A DNA stretch of 64,000 nucleotides from Solirubrobacterales bacterium (GCA_038258425.1 JBBSPV010000020.1:663-64662), one strand, 5' to 3'. Counted from the stretch's first letter, positions 9,130 to 17,026 are shown. Numbers and translations are program-made. Notes: generated by a model from the letters alone, not told the origin.

Positions 9130-10232
9130 GACGGGGCGGGACGGTCCTCGACCTGGGTCACCGGCCCTTGGGCACGCGCGTACGCGTCGAGGTTCGCGGG
9201 CGCATAGTCGGATCGTTCGGACCGCCGGCGCACGGCACTGGAGGCCAGCGACAAGGCCGAACCGTCCGAATCGTCAAGCCGTCTGACGTGTCGGGGCATA
9301 AGGTCGTACAGGCCCTTGCGGGAGCTGTGGATCACGCCCAGGGCGTCCGGGGCGGTGTCGGCGCCCTGCCGGCGTCGCGCGGGGACGGGCGCCGCCGGCC
9401 GGGTGAAGTGATCGGCGTCGAAGGCCAGGCCGCACTCGCGCGCCCGTTGCACCATCCACAACAGAGCGATCTCGGCCAGCGCGGGATTCGGGTAGCCGCC
9501 GCCCACGTCGCTGTGGACGCCCGCGAACCAGACCTGCTCCAGCGTCTGGTCGTCGGCATCGGCCTGGCGCTGCCACAGCGTCGGCCGAAACGGGCCCCGC
9601 TGCTCGTCGATGGCCAGCGCCTGGTAGGCGAAGCGCACATGACGGCTCAGCGTCGTGTCGTGAAAGCCCCAGAGCCGCTGGGCGAACGGCAGGCGCAGCC
9701 CGTCGATCGGGATGCCGAGCGCCCCTACCGTGTCCCACACGCCGACGAAGTGCACGTCGCACGCCTCGTGGCAGTGCATGCGGCGAAAGATCTGCGCCTC
9801 GAGTCCCTCCGGGTGCGTCGTCGGCGCCCGCGACCGATACAGCCGGTAGGCGTCGTCAATGCGGGCCGCATGCTCGCGACGCAGAATTCCAGAATTCCGC
9901 ACCAAGCCCACGGTGCTTCGTGCCGTGAAGGCACCGCGACTGAATCCGAAGAAGTACAGCTCGTCGCCTGGCCGGTAGGTCTCCACGAGGAAGCGGTAGC
10001 AGTCGCGGACGTTGCGTCCGAGGCCCAGCCCGAACGCCCCGCCACGAAGCCGCTCGAAGCGGCGGGTCCCGACGCCCGGTTCGTAGAACAGCGGCTGGGC
10101 GACTCCGTCGTCATCCACCCGCGCAACGCCAAGGGCGAGTTTCGAGACGTTGGTCGGTGCCGGCACGCCGTCGACGACTTCGTCCGGTCGGTTCCACGTT
10201 CCGTCACAGCAGACAACGAGCCGACGGGTCAT
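9126..10232 (-). CDS. DUF2235 alpha/beta hydrolase (Tle1-type phospholipase-like)
   Basis: N-terminal VVCCDGTWN, nucleophile elbow FGFSRGA (GxSxG), GVWDTVGALG, FAGVHSDVGGGY. This pattern is characteristic of the DUF2235 family, which includes T6SS Tle1 lipases. Confidence 0.75.
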   Translation of the reverse strand: MTRRLVVCCDGTWNRPDEVVDGVPAPTNVSKLALGVARVDDDGVAQPLFYEPGVGTRRFERLRGGAFGLGLGRNVRDCYRFLVETYRPGDELYFFGFSRGAFTARSTVGLVRNSGILRREHAARIDDAYRLYRSRAPTTHPEGLEAQIFRRMHCHEACDVHFVGVWDTVGALGIPIDGLRLPFAQRLWGFHDTTLSRHVRFAYQALAIDEQRGPFRPTLWQRQADADDQTLEQVWFAGVHSDVGGGYPNPALAEIALLWMVQRARECGLAFDADHFTRPAAPVPARRRQGADTAPDALGVIHSSRKGLYDLMPRHVRRLDDSDGSALSLASSAVRRRSERSDYAPANLDAYARAQGPVTQVEDRPAPS

Positions 10233-10301
10233 GGCGACCGGGTCCGTGCCCGTCGACCGGTGGTGTCGTGGCTGGTCGGATACTTCACGGACAGGCGGGC
10301 G

Positions 10302-12746
10302 TCATAGATGCCAGGGTGGCCGCGCGTAGCCTTTGAATCTGAGGGCGGGGCTGGACGGATCGCGCCGGTGCTCGGCGACGCAGCCGCCGTTCGACTGGCT
10401 CCCGCTGCCCGGGTTGGCGCTGGTGTTGCCGCCGATCACGTCGAACGGTCGGGCGGTTACCAACAGTTCGACATGAGCGGCGACCGCGCTGCCCGGCTCG
10501 GTGTAGAGGACGAGGTCGCCCGGCCGTCCGTGCGCGAGGTTCGGATGCCACGACCAGCCGTGGACTTCGCCGCGGGCGTAGTGCTCGATGGTGGGACAGG
10601 CCCGCAGCCATGGCTGGTTCGGAAGTCCGGCGGCGTGCAGGCACGCGTTGACGAACGAGCCGCACCAGTAGGCGTGCGGTCCGGGTGGGACACCGGCGGC
10701 CCGGTTCCACGCGTTGACCTGGGGGCCGGTGTTCGATCCGGCCGGGATCTCGTGGACGCCGAGATGGTGCCGGCCGTAGGCGATCGCTCGAGCCGGTCCG
10801 GCGTGCTGCGACGCCAGCCGCTTGCGCAGTGCCGCGCGCCATGGCTTGCGTCGGCGGCCGCGCTCGTGTTCGCTCGGGCTGCGTCTCGAGGGATGGCGGA
10901 TCTTGATTCTGGCCTCGGGTGTCAGGCCATCCCGGTAGCTGCTCGGGTTGAGCCCGAGGCCGTGGCAGATCTGGTGAGCCGCTCGATGAGTCTCTTCGCC
11001 GTATTCACGGTCGACATCGATGCGCTTGCGCATGCGCCAACGCTCGAAGCGATGGTTGAGCAGCTTCTGTAGCGACGCGATCGAGTCGCTCTTCATGTAT
11101 GGCGTGACCACGTTGTAGGTCTCGGCGTCGTTCGCGGTCGACCGGTGGTTGGGCTGTGCGCCCTTAGGCCCGCTCGACGCGGGTGGATGTGGACGTGACT
11201 CGACTGGCGGGCTGCCAGATTGCCCGTGGCGGTGCACGTGCGGCATCAGACGCCTTTCCACACGCGCGAGCCGCGCGATGCGTTCTTTGCGCGCCCTCCC
11301 GAGGCGGACGTCGAGTCGGTCGATGACGCCGTCGAGATCCCCGTCGGAGAGATCGACGAAGCGAGAGCGTCGCGCCTCCGCCGGCGCCGCCGCCTCGTTG
11401 GCAGCTGGTGCCTGGGAGCCGTTCGGGCCGAGCGGCGGGCTGATGGCCGTCGAACCGGCTTCAACGACAGCCGCGCCGACGGGTTCGCGCCCGCGTGCGA
11501 GTTCAGCCTCCTCGACGGCCAGCTCACGCCGCTCGAGCTCCACGAGGATCTCGAGTTGATGCTCGATGCGCTGAAGACTGCCTGCCGGGCCGGGTGGGTC
11601 TGTCGTGCCGCCGGCACCCAGATGGGTCAATAGGCGCTCGCGCCGGTGCCCGTAGGCCTCGATCCGCTGCCAGGCCTTGTCCGCTTCGGCGTCCAAGCGC
11701 TGGAAGGCGTGCACAAGCTGGACGAGCCGCGCGGGCCGAACCCCCGCCCTGACCCCGGCGGCCGGCGCCGCAGAGCCCGGCTTCGCAGCTTCGCGCCGAG
11801 CTTTGATGCGCCGGACGGCTCGCCGTAGCTCATGGGCGCTCTCGTGGCCGTACGTGCCGTTGGCGGGGAGTTCGTGCTCGGCCTGGAACGCCTTGAGGGC
11901 GGCGAGGGTGTCCGCGTCGAAGTGCCGGCGGGCACCGTCGAGATAGGGCGCGCCGGTCTTGCGCGACGGAACCACCGAGAGCCGTCGCGTGAGCCGCACG
12001 ACTTCGCTTCCGCGGTCTCCCCGACGCAGCGGCCGGGTCGGACGCGCCGGTCGCCTCGCGGCGTGGATGCCCGGAGGCGGGGCGAGGCACCGGGGATCCG
12101 CGACGCTGAGGTCGACGTTCTGTCCGAGTACGTCGCAGCTGTGCCCGCCGTAGGCCCCGGCGTACTGCCACGCGCGTTGGCCGGGCTTGTGCCACAGCCT
12201 CGCCGGCAGGCCTTGGGCGGCGTACGCGTCATGGGCGACGACGCCGTGCGTCACCCAACTGGCGACCCACACGAAGTCGGCATGGACCTTGCCCCGGGCG
12301 AAGGCCTTGAGTGGCTCCGGGTTCGCGTAGACGCCGGGCCGCGCTCCGGCTTTGCGGACCGCGGCGCACCAAGCGCGGACGTACGTGACGACAGCTCCCG
12401 GAGCGTGGTTGTACGTGGGAAGTTCCACGTCGAGACACAGCGGGAAGTTGCCGCCGTAGCCGAAGCGCTGCGCTCGCTCCAGCGCGTCGTGGGCGTCCCG
12501 CTCACCTTGGGCGGACGTCAGCGCCCCTCGAGCCCCCTGGCCCGCGTAGGTGATCATGAAGCGCTCGATCCCGAGGCCCGCGTACTCGTGGACCAGCTCA
12601 GGTGTCCAGCCGCTCGCGCGCGTGCTCGGGCCGCCGATGTAGACGTTCCACCACTTGCCTCCGATGTGGTCGAGCATCCGCTTCGCCAGCACCGCCGGGG
12701 GTGCATCGCCGCGGTCGAGCCCCTGTAGCGAGGCCCCCACCGTCAA
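10302..12746 (-). CDS. multidomain cell-wall hydrolase: DUF1906/GH25-like barrel + two peptidoglycan-binding repeats + coiled coil + C-terminal CHAP amidase/peptidase
   Basis: 814 aa. N-terminus: GWTPELVHEYAGLGIERFMITY...CLDVE. PG_binding-like: LKAFQAEHELPANGTYG. C-terminus: CHAP with YWCGSFVNACL (Cys) and AAHVELLV (His). The TTG start overlaps the upstream stop (TTGA). Confidence 0.7.
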   Translation of the reverse strand: MTVGASLQGLDRGDAPPAVLAKRMLDHIGGKWWNVYIGGPSTRASGWTPELVHEYAGLGIERFMITYAGQGARGALTSAQGERDAHDALERAQRFGYGGNFPLCLDVELPTYNHAPGAVVTYVRAWCAAVRKAGARPGVYANPEPLKAFARGKVHADFVWVASWVTHGVVAHDAYAAQGLPARLWHKPGQRAWQYAGAYGGHSCDVLGQNVDLSVADPRCLAPPPGIHAARRPARPTRPLRRGDRGSEVVRLTRRLSVVPSRKTGAPYLDGARRHFDADTLAALKAFQAEHELPANGTYGHESAHELRRAVRRIKARREAAKPGSAAPAAGVRAGVRPARLVQLVHAFQRLDAEADKAWQRIEAYGHRRERLLTHLGAGGTTDPPGPAGSLQRIEHQLEILVELERRELAVEEAELARGREPVGAAVVEAGSTAISPPLGPNGSQAPAANEAAAPAEARRSRFVDLSDGDLDGVIDRLDVRLGRARKERIARLARVERRLMPHVHRHGQSGSPPVESRPHPPASSGPKGAQPNHRSTANDAETYNVVTPYMKSDSIASLQKLLNHRFERWRMRKRIDVDREYGEETHRAAHQICHGLGLNPSSYRDGLTPEARIKIRHPSRRSPSEHERGRRRKPWRAALRKRLASQHAGPARAIAYGRHHLGVHEIPAGSNTGPQVNAWNRAAGVPPGPHAYWCGSFVNACLHAAGLPNQPWLRACPTIEHYARGEVHGWSWHPNLAHGRPGDLVLYTEPGSAVAAHVELLVTARPFDVIGGNTSANPGSGSQSNGGCVAEHRRDPSSPALRFKGYARPPWHL

Positions 12747-13237
12747 CTCCTCGGCGCGGCCGTCTCGCCGTCGAGCGCGTCGAGCCGGTCGAGCTCGTCG
12801 AGCTCGTCAAGCTCGTCGTACTCCGTGACGAGGCCTGCCCCGTCGGACTCTTCGAGGTCATCGAGGTCATCGAGGTCGTCGACGTCGTCGTCGACCTCGT
12901 CGGGCGCCGACCCGAGCTGGTCGACGCCCGAGGCCGCCTCGGCGGTGCCGGCGGCTGCGATCGTCAGACCACCCTCGGCCCCGGCCTCAGCAAGGGCCAG
13001 CTCGTGCGCGAAGCCGGCCTGCCGGGCCTCGTACTTCTGCCACCCGTGCAGCCACTGCAGGGCGGGGGCGAGGCCAATCAGGGCCCCACCGATGAAGACT
13101 TGCTCAATCGAGCCCTTGTCGACTGAGATGCCGGGAAAGTGCTCAGCCAGGAGGGCGGCGATGGCACCCGCGAGCGGGGCGAAGACGATCGGCGTCAGTA
13201 CCGCAACGACCCGATTCGGGGTAAGCATGGCTCCCAT
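12743..13237 (-). CDS. holin-like small membrane protein with acidic repeat tail
   Basis: Two hydrophobic helices (VVAVLTPIVFAPLAGAIAALLA, VFIGGALIGLAPAL) are followed by a strongly acidic C-terminus with DDLDDLDDLEE and DELDELDELDRLDALD repeats. It sits immediately upstream of, and overlaps, the hydrolase gene. The start (13237, 13228 or 13255) is uncertain. Confidence 0.5.
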   Translation of the reverse strand: MGAMLTPNRVVAVLTPIVFAPLAGAIAALLAEHFPGISVDKGSIEQVFIGGALIGLAPALQWLHGWQKYEARQAGFAHELALAEAGAEGGLTIAAAGTAEAASGVDQLGSAPDEVDDDVDDLDDLDDLEESDGAGLVTEYDELDELDELDRLDALDGETAAPRS

Positions 13238-13320
13238 CGCTTGGCAGTCGGTCAACGGACGTATTTCGAGGCGAACCGACAGTAAGCCAGCGCCAGCCGG
13301 TAAGTCAAGCAGCGCGTACG

Positions 13321-13348
13321 TGACAAGTGACAGATCGCACTTTACGCT
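13321..13348 (+). promoter_or_regulatory. sigma70-like promoter candidate for the SLATT-TIR-SLOG operon
   Basis: TGACAA (13321-13326), a 16-nt spacer, then TACGCT (13343-13348), in a locally lower-GC divergent intergenic region. A GAGGG ribosome-binding site lies ~8 nt before ATG 13376. Confidence 0.35.
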
Positions 13349-13375
13349 GTGCAGGCACTTGCGAGGGTTTGCGAG

Positions 13376-13867
13376 ATGGCAGACCAGACGATCGAGATCC
13401 CTGCGGCCGCACCGCCGCCCGCGTCGGCGGCGGATCCCTCCTCAGCGTCGCCCGCCTGGGAGCGACTCGAGGATCAACTGCGCTGGTACGAGCGCAACAG
13501 TGCGCACTGCCGACGTGCGTTCCATTGGCTGAAGGTCATTCAGATCGTGGTCGCCGCCGCGATACCCGTCATCGCCGCGCTCGAGGCGCCGGTGGCGGTC
13601 GCCGGGGTCCTGGGCGCCTCAGTCGTAGTCCTCGAGGGATTGCAACAGCTGTTCCAGTACCAGCAGAACTGGACCGCCTACCGCGCCACCGCCGAGGCGT
13701 TGAAGCACGAGCGCCTCCTTTACCTCTCTCGTGTGGGGCCGTACTGCCCCGGCGCCGACCGCGACGCCGCGCTCGCCGAACACGTCGAGGCACGCGTCTC
13801 GACCGAGCACGCTGCGTGGGTCAAGGACCGGCGTGAGAACCCGCAACGCCCCATGGTCGAGGCGTGA
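13376..13867 (+). CDS. SLATT / DUF4231-family 2-TM protein
   Basis: LEDQLRWYERNSAHCRRAFHWLKVIQIVVAAAIPVIAAL, a second helix VAVAGVLGASVVVLEGL, then QYQQNWTAYRATAEALKHERLLYL. This is the DUF4231 pattern. The ORF track starts at GTG 13349, but that abuts the -10 element, so ATG 13376 is preferred. Confidence 0.75.
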   Translation: MADQTIEIPAAAPPPASAADPSSASPAWERLEDQLRWYERNSAHCRRAFHWLKVIQIVVAAAIPVIAALEAPVAVAGVLGASVVVLEGLQQLFQYQQNWTAYRATAEALKHERLLYLSRVGPYCPGADRDAALAEHVEARVSTEHAAWVKDRRENPQRPMVEA

Positions 13868-15021
13868 GCGCCCTCATCTTTCTCAACTACCGGCGCTCGG
13901 ACTCAGCCGGATGGACACGCCAGCTGCATCGCGATCTCGGCGAGCGCTTCGGCGGCGAGCGAGTGTTCCGCGACGTCGCGATCGCCCCCGGCGTCGACTT
14001 CGTCGACCACATCGAGCGCGTGATGGACGCCTGCAAGGTGTGCATCGCCGTGATCGGCCCGCAGTGGACTCACGTCACCAACGCCGCGGGTCTACGCCGC
14101 CTCGACGATCCTGAGGATCTCGTGCGCTTGGAGATCGAGCGCGCCCTTGAACGTACCGACGTGCAGGTCATCCCGGTGCTCGTGGACGGCGCGCGCATGC
14201 CCGCCGAGCACGACCTGCCGAGCGGGCTCCGCCGCCTGGCCCGCCGCAACGCCTGCGAGCTCACCGATGTGCGCTGGGACTACGACGTCGAGGTCCTCAG
14301 CCGCTGCATCCGACAGGCGGTTGAACCGGCGTCCATCGAGTCCGAGCCATACGAGGCTGCACCCTCAATCCCGCCTCCCGCGTTGCCGCCCGAGCCGGTC
14401 GCCACTCCGGTGGCCGTCCTGCCCGCCGTCCTGGCGACGCTCACGGCCGCGGCCATCGCGCGAGTCTTGGCAGCGCTGGTAACCCTTCCCCTCAACCAGG
14501 CCAACGACGACTTGTACGGCACCCAGCACCTGGCGCCCTCCGCGCTCGAACGGGGCATCCTCTGGGCGATCGTCGGGGCGGCCGTCGCCGCGGTCGCGGC
14601 GGCGACCTTTGCCCACGTCCGGGTCCCCGTCGGCCAAGCCCTCGTCGGCGCCAGCGCGGCTGGAATCGGCGGTGCACTGAGCGGAAGCATCCTGGTCGCC
14701 CTGACGGAACTGGGACCCAAGGTCGACCTCTCCCCCGAGCTGGCGACGGCCATGCGAATCTGGCTTCCCGCCGTGGCGCTTGCCGTGGTGCTCGCGCGCG
14801 GCACCCAGGCCAGCGCGGTCGAGTGCACGCTGGCCGCCCTCGCCGGCGTCGCGATCGCGTCGTTGGTGCCGGATTTCGGGGGCTCGGTCGCCAAGCTGTT
14901 CGTGCAGGTCGTCCGGACCCTGCTCATCGTCGGAGCGCCGCTGGCGGTCATCGCCGCCCGGCCGCAACGCGCGACGCTTACGAGCCGTGAAACCACGAGG
15001 CGCGGCCCCGCCGCCGCGTGA
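13864..15021 (+). CDS. TIR-domain protein fused to a ~6-helix transmembrane region
   Basis: aa 1-150: IFLNYRRSDS, VFRDVAIAPGVDF, CIAVIGPQW, DLVRLEIERAL (conserved Glu at codon 90, nt 14131-14133), VIPVLVDGARMP. This is the TIR_2-type pattern. aa ~175-370 hold six Ala/Val/Gly/Leu-rich hydrophobic stretches. The GTG start overlaps the upstream TGA (GTGA). Confidence 0.8.
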   Translation: MSALIFLNYRRSDSAGWTRQLHRDLGERFGGERVFRDVAIAPGVDFVDHIERVMDACKVCIAVIGPQWTHVTNAAGLRRLDDPEDLVRLEIERALERTDVQVIPVLVDGARMPAEHDLPSGLRRLARRNACELTDVRWDYDVEVLSRCIRQAVEPASIESEPYEAAPSIPPPALPPEPVATPVAVLPAVLATLTAAAIARVLAALVTLPLNQANDDLYGTQHLAPSALERGILWAIVGAAVAAVAAATFAHVRVPVGQALVGASAAGIGGALSGSILVALTELGPKVDLSPELATAMRIWLPAVALAVVLARGTQASAVECTLAALAGVAIASLVPDFGGSVAKLFVQVVRTLLIVGAPLAVIAARPQRATLTSRETTRRGPAAA

Positions 15022-15683
15022 TCTCCGCCACCGTCCGCGTCAACAACCAAGACGACCTCGAGCACGCGGTCGCCGCGTTGGCACTCGGCGGCCCAAGGCC
15101 AACGCTGGCGCTCGTCGGAGGCGCCGCCGGCATGAGCCCAGCGACTCGACGACAGGTCGAAGCCCTGTTCGCCACGACCGTCGTGCCGACCCTCGAGGTC
15201 CTCGGCGCAGCCGTGGTCGACGGTGGCACAGACGCCGGCATCATGGCCGCCATGGGCTCCGGACACCGATCATGTGCTGCGACCTTCCCGCTCATCGGCG
15301 TCGTGACGAAACGAGGGACCAACCGACTCGAGCCGAACCACAGCCACATCCTCGTGGTACCCGGGCAATCCTGGGGCGACGAGGTCCCGTGGCTCGCCGC
15401 CGTCGCCACGCTCATCGCCAGTGGAGCGCCATCCGTCACGCTGCTGATCAACGGCGGAGACATCGCCTGGCGAGACGTCGGCGAAAGCCTCGCCCGCAGC
15501 CGTCCGGTCATTGCACTCGTCGGGACCGGTCGCACCGCCGACGCGCTCGGAACCGCCATCGACCGGGCCGGCCACGAGACGAGCGACCACTTCGCGGCGT
15601 CGGGCTTGCTCACCACCGTGTCTCTCGCTGACCGAGCCGGGCTCTCCCGCGCTCTCCGAGCCGCCCTCTCAAACGGATCCTGA
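15018..15683 (+). CDS. stand-alone SLOG domain protein, TRPM/LSDAT type
   Basis: The blocks LALVGGAAGMS, AVVDGGTDAGIMAAMG, LIGVV, LEPNHSHILVV..WGDE, LLINGGDIAWRDV and VIALVGTGRTADAL align by eye with the MHR1/2 N-terminal region of TRPM channels (GGAKNF, LTGGTHYGLM, LDNNHTHLLLV, QGGGKETL, VVVEGSGQIAD). The GTG start overlaps the upstream TGA. Confidence 0.75.
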   Translation: MISATVRVNNQDDLEHAVAALALGGPRPTLALVGGAAGMSPATRRQVEALFATTVVPTLEVLGAAVVDGGTDAGIMAAMGSGHRSCAATFPLIGVVTKRGTNRLEPNHSHILVVPGQSWGDEVPWLAAVATLIASGAPSVTLLINGGDIAWRDVGESLARSRPVIALVGTGRTADALGTAIDRAGHETSDHFAASGLLTTVSLADRAGLSRALRAALSNGS

Positions 15684-16072
15684 ACCGAGCCGCGGTCGCG
15701 CGGCAACCGACACCAAGGCGCCAGCGCAGCACGAGCCTCAACTCTCCAGCGGGCGAGCGGGTCGGCCTTGGCGGCGGCGAGGTCAGCCTGAACCTCGGCC
15801 CAGCTCATGTCGGCGTCGGGGACGTCGGGGTAGATGAGCACGATCGAGCGGCGCAGGCGGCCAAGGCGGATCGGTTCGGCGTGCGCGGCGCCGGCGGCGC
15901 GCACCAACGGGGTTGTGCCGTAGAAACGGCTGGCCGTTGATGGCGACCAGGAGGACGTCGCGAGGTAGGAGTCAAACCCTGACCGTGGATAGGAGCAGCG
16001 CGAGCGTCGCTGTCGATCGGCTCGCAGCGGTGCTCCCTTCGCGCGGGGCGGCAGCGTGGGTCGCGGGTCAGT

Positions 16073-16588
16073 TCAGTCGCGGGTGGTCAGCGAGTCGATG
16101 GCGACGGTGATCGCGAGGATGAGCGAGGCGTCCTCGCCGGCTGCGATGTCGACGCCGTAGGACTCCCGCACGCGAAACCACTTCTTGGAGATCGTGGCGA
16201 CCGTGTCGCCGTCGCGCTCGATCTCGTACTCATGGTCGACGACATTCCCGTGCGCCTTCATGTCGGCGCCCTGCTCGACGTCGATGGCGAAGCGATCCCG
16301 GATCCCTACCAACGCCTTGTGAACGGTCGCCGCGGTGTCGCCTCCGCGCTCGATCGCGATCTTGTCGCGGATGCTCAACTTGCGCTCCTGGATCCGCGCG
16401 ACCTCGTCGCCCGAGGCGTCCTCGAGGACGAAGGTCTGGCGCAGACGAACCGCCTTGCCGTCGACCTTGTAGGCCCGCTCGCCGCGGTCGTTCTCGATCC
16501 AGAAGTCATCGCCGATCGCCAGCAGCTTCTCGCGCATGAGAAACCGCTCGCCTCCGGGCTGATCGCCACTATGCCGCAGAAAACCCAT
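16073..16588 (-). CDS. LURP-one-related / DUF567 (tubby-C-like) protein
   Basis: FLMREKLLAIGDDFWIENDRGERAYKVDGK...FVLEDASGDEVARIQERKLSIRDK is the repeating beta-strand pattern of the LOR family. Start taken at ATG 16588. Confidence 0.7.
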   Translation of the reverse strand: MGFLRHSGDQPGGERFLMREKLLAIGDDFWIENDRGERAYKVDGKAVRLRQTFVLEDASGDEVARIQERKLSIRDKIAIERGGDTAATVHKALVGIRDRFAIDVEQGADMKAHGNVVDHEYEIERDGDTVATISKKWFRVRESYGVDIAAGEDASLILAITVAIDSLTTRD

Positions 16589-16634
16589 ATCCCAACAGTA
16601 TGAAGACTTCCCAGCTGGCGCATGGCCCCAACCG

Positions 16635-16823
16635 GTGCAGCCGAGCATTGCGCGCCGAAGAGCTTCCTCGCATGGGAACGCGCCCGTGCAGGCGCGCCGC
16701 TGCGTGTCACGGGAGCAACGAGGTCAGCGATTCACAGTGCACGTCCGCGACGAAGTCGACCTCAGGATCGAGCTCGAGGTGGAGAGCGACGCGCGCGAAC
16801 TGGAGATCGAGCTGACCTGGTGA
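16635..16823 (+). CDS. small ORF with an amphi-Trp-domain-like C-terminus (possibly a remnant)
   Basis: It ends FTVHVRDEVDLRIELEVESDARELEIELTW, which resembles the ELEIELKW terminus of amphi-Trp proteins. The N-terminal half looks non-native and overlaps the start region of the LOR gene. Confidence 0.3.
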   Translation: MQPSIARRRASSHGNAPVQARRCVSREQRGQRFTVHVRDEVDLRIELEVESDARELEIELTW

Positions 16824-16998
16824 TCCGCCACCGCCCAGTGGGGTGCACCATTGCACTCGAACTCGTCATTGAGGAGCGGCACTCCCGCGGGCGCCCGGCT
16901 GGCCGAGCGCTGGCAGACCCTCAGGGGGAGCCGGCCGGCGCGCATCACGAAGCAGCAGATCTGGCGGGGCGAACGCGTTCCAGGTAGCGGACGTCCGG

Positions 16999-17017
16999 AG
17001 CGGCCCCAAGGGCCGCT
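16999..17017. terminator. GC hairpin between convergent genes (downstream of the NhaP stop)
   Basis: AGCGGCCC-CAA-GGGCCGCT: an 8-bp stem with a 3-nt loop, 10 nt beyond the NhaP stop codon. There is no U-tract. Confidence 0.35.
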
Positions 17018-17026
17018 GGCCCGTGA

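Noticed and set aside
9798-9809. 12-nt identity (TCGAGTCCCTCC) to the T-arm/3' region of the tRNA at 6182-6193, considered as a possible attR
   Set aside because: The match stops before the acceptor 3' end. It lies inside the intact DUF2235 coding frame and is short enough to be chance in GC-rich DNA.
12770-12900. Short tandem DNA repeats (GTCGAGCTC / GAGGTCATC units) considered as a microsatellite or a non-coding repeat
   Set aside because: They are in frame on the minus strand and encode the acidic D/E-L repeat tail of the holin-like protein.
14978-15907. 309-aa minus-strand ORF overlapping the SLOG gene
   Set aside because: Only its first ~70 codons (15700-15907) look native, and these are discussed as a remnant. 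The rest is antisense to the well-supported SLOG gene and to the end of the TIR gene.
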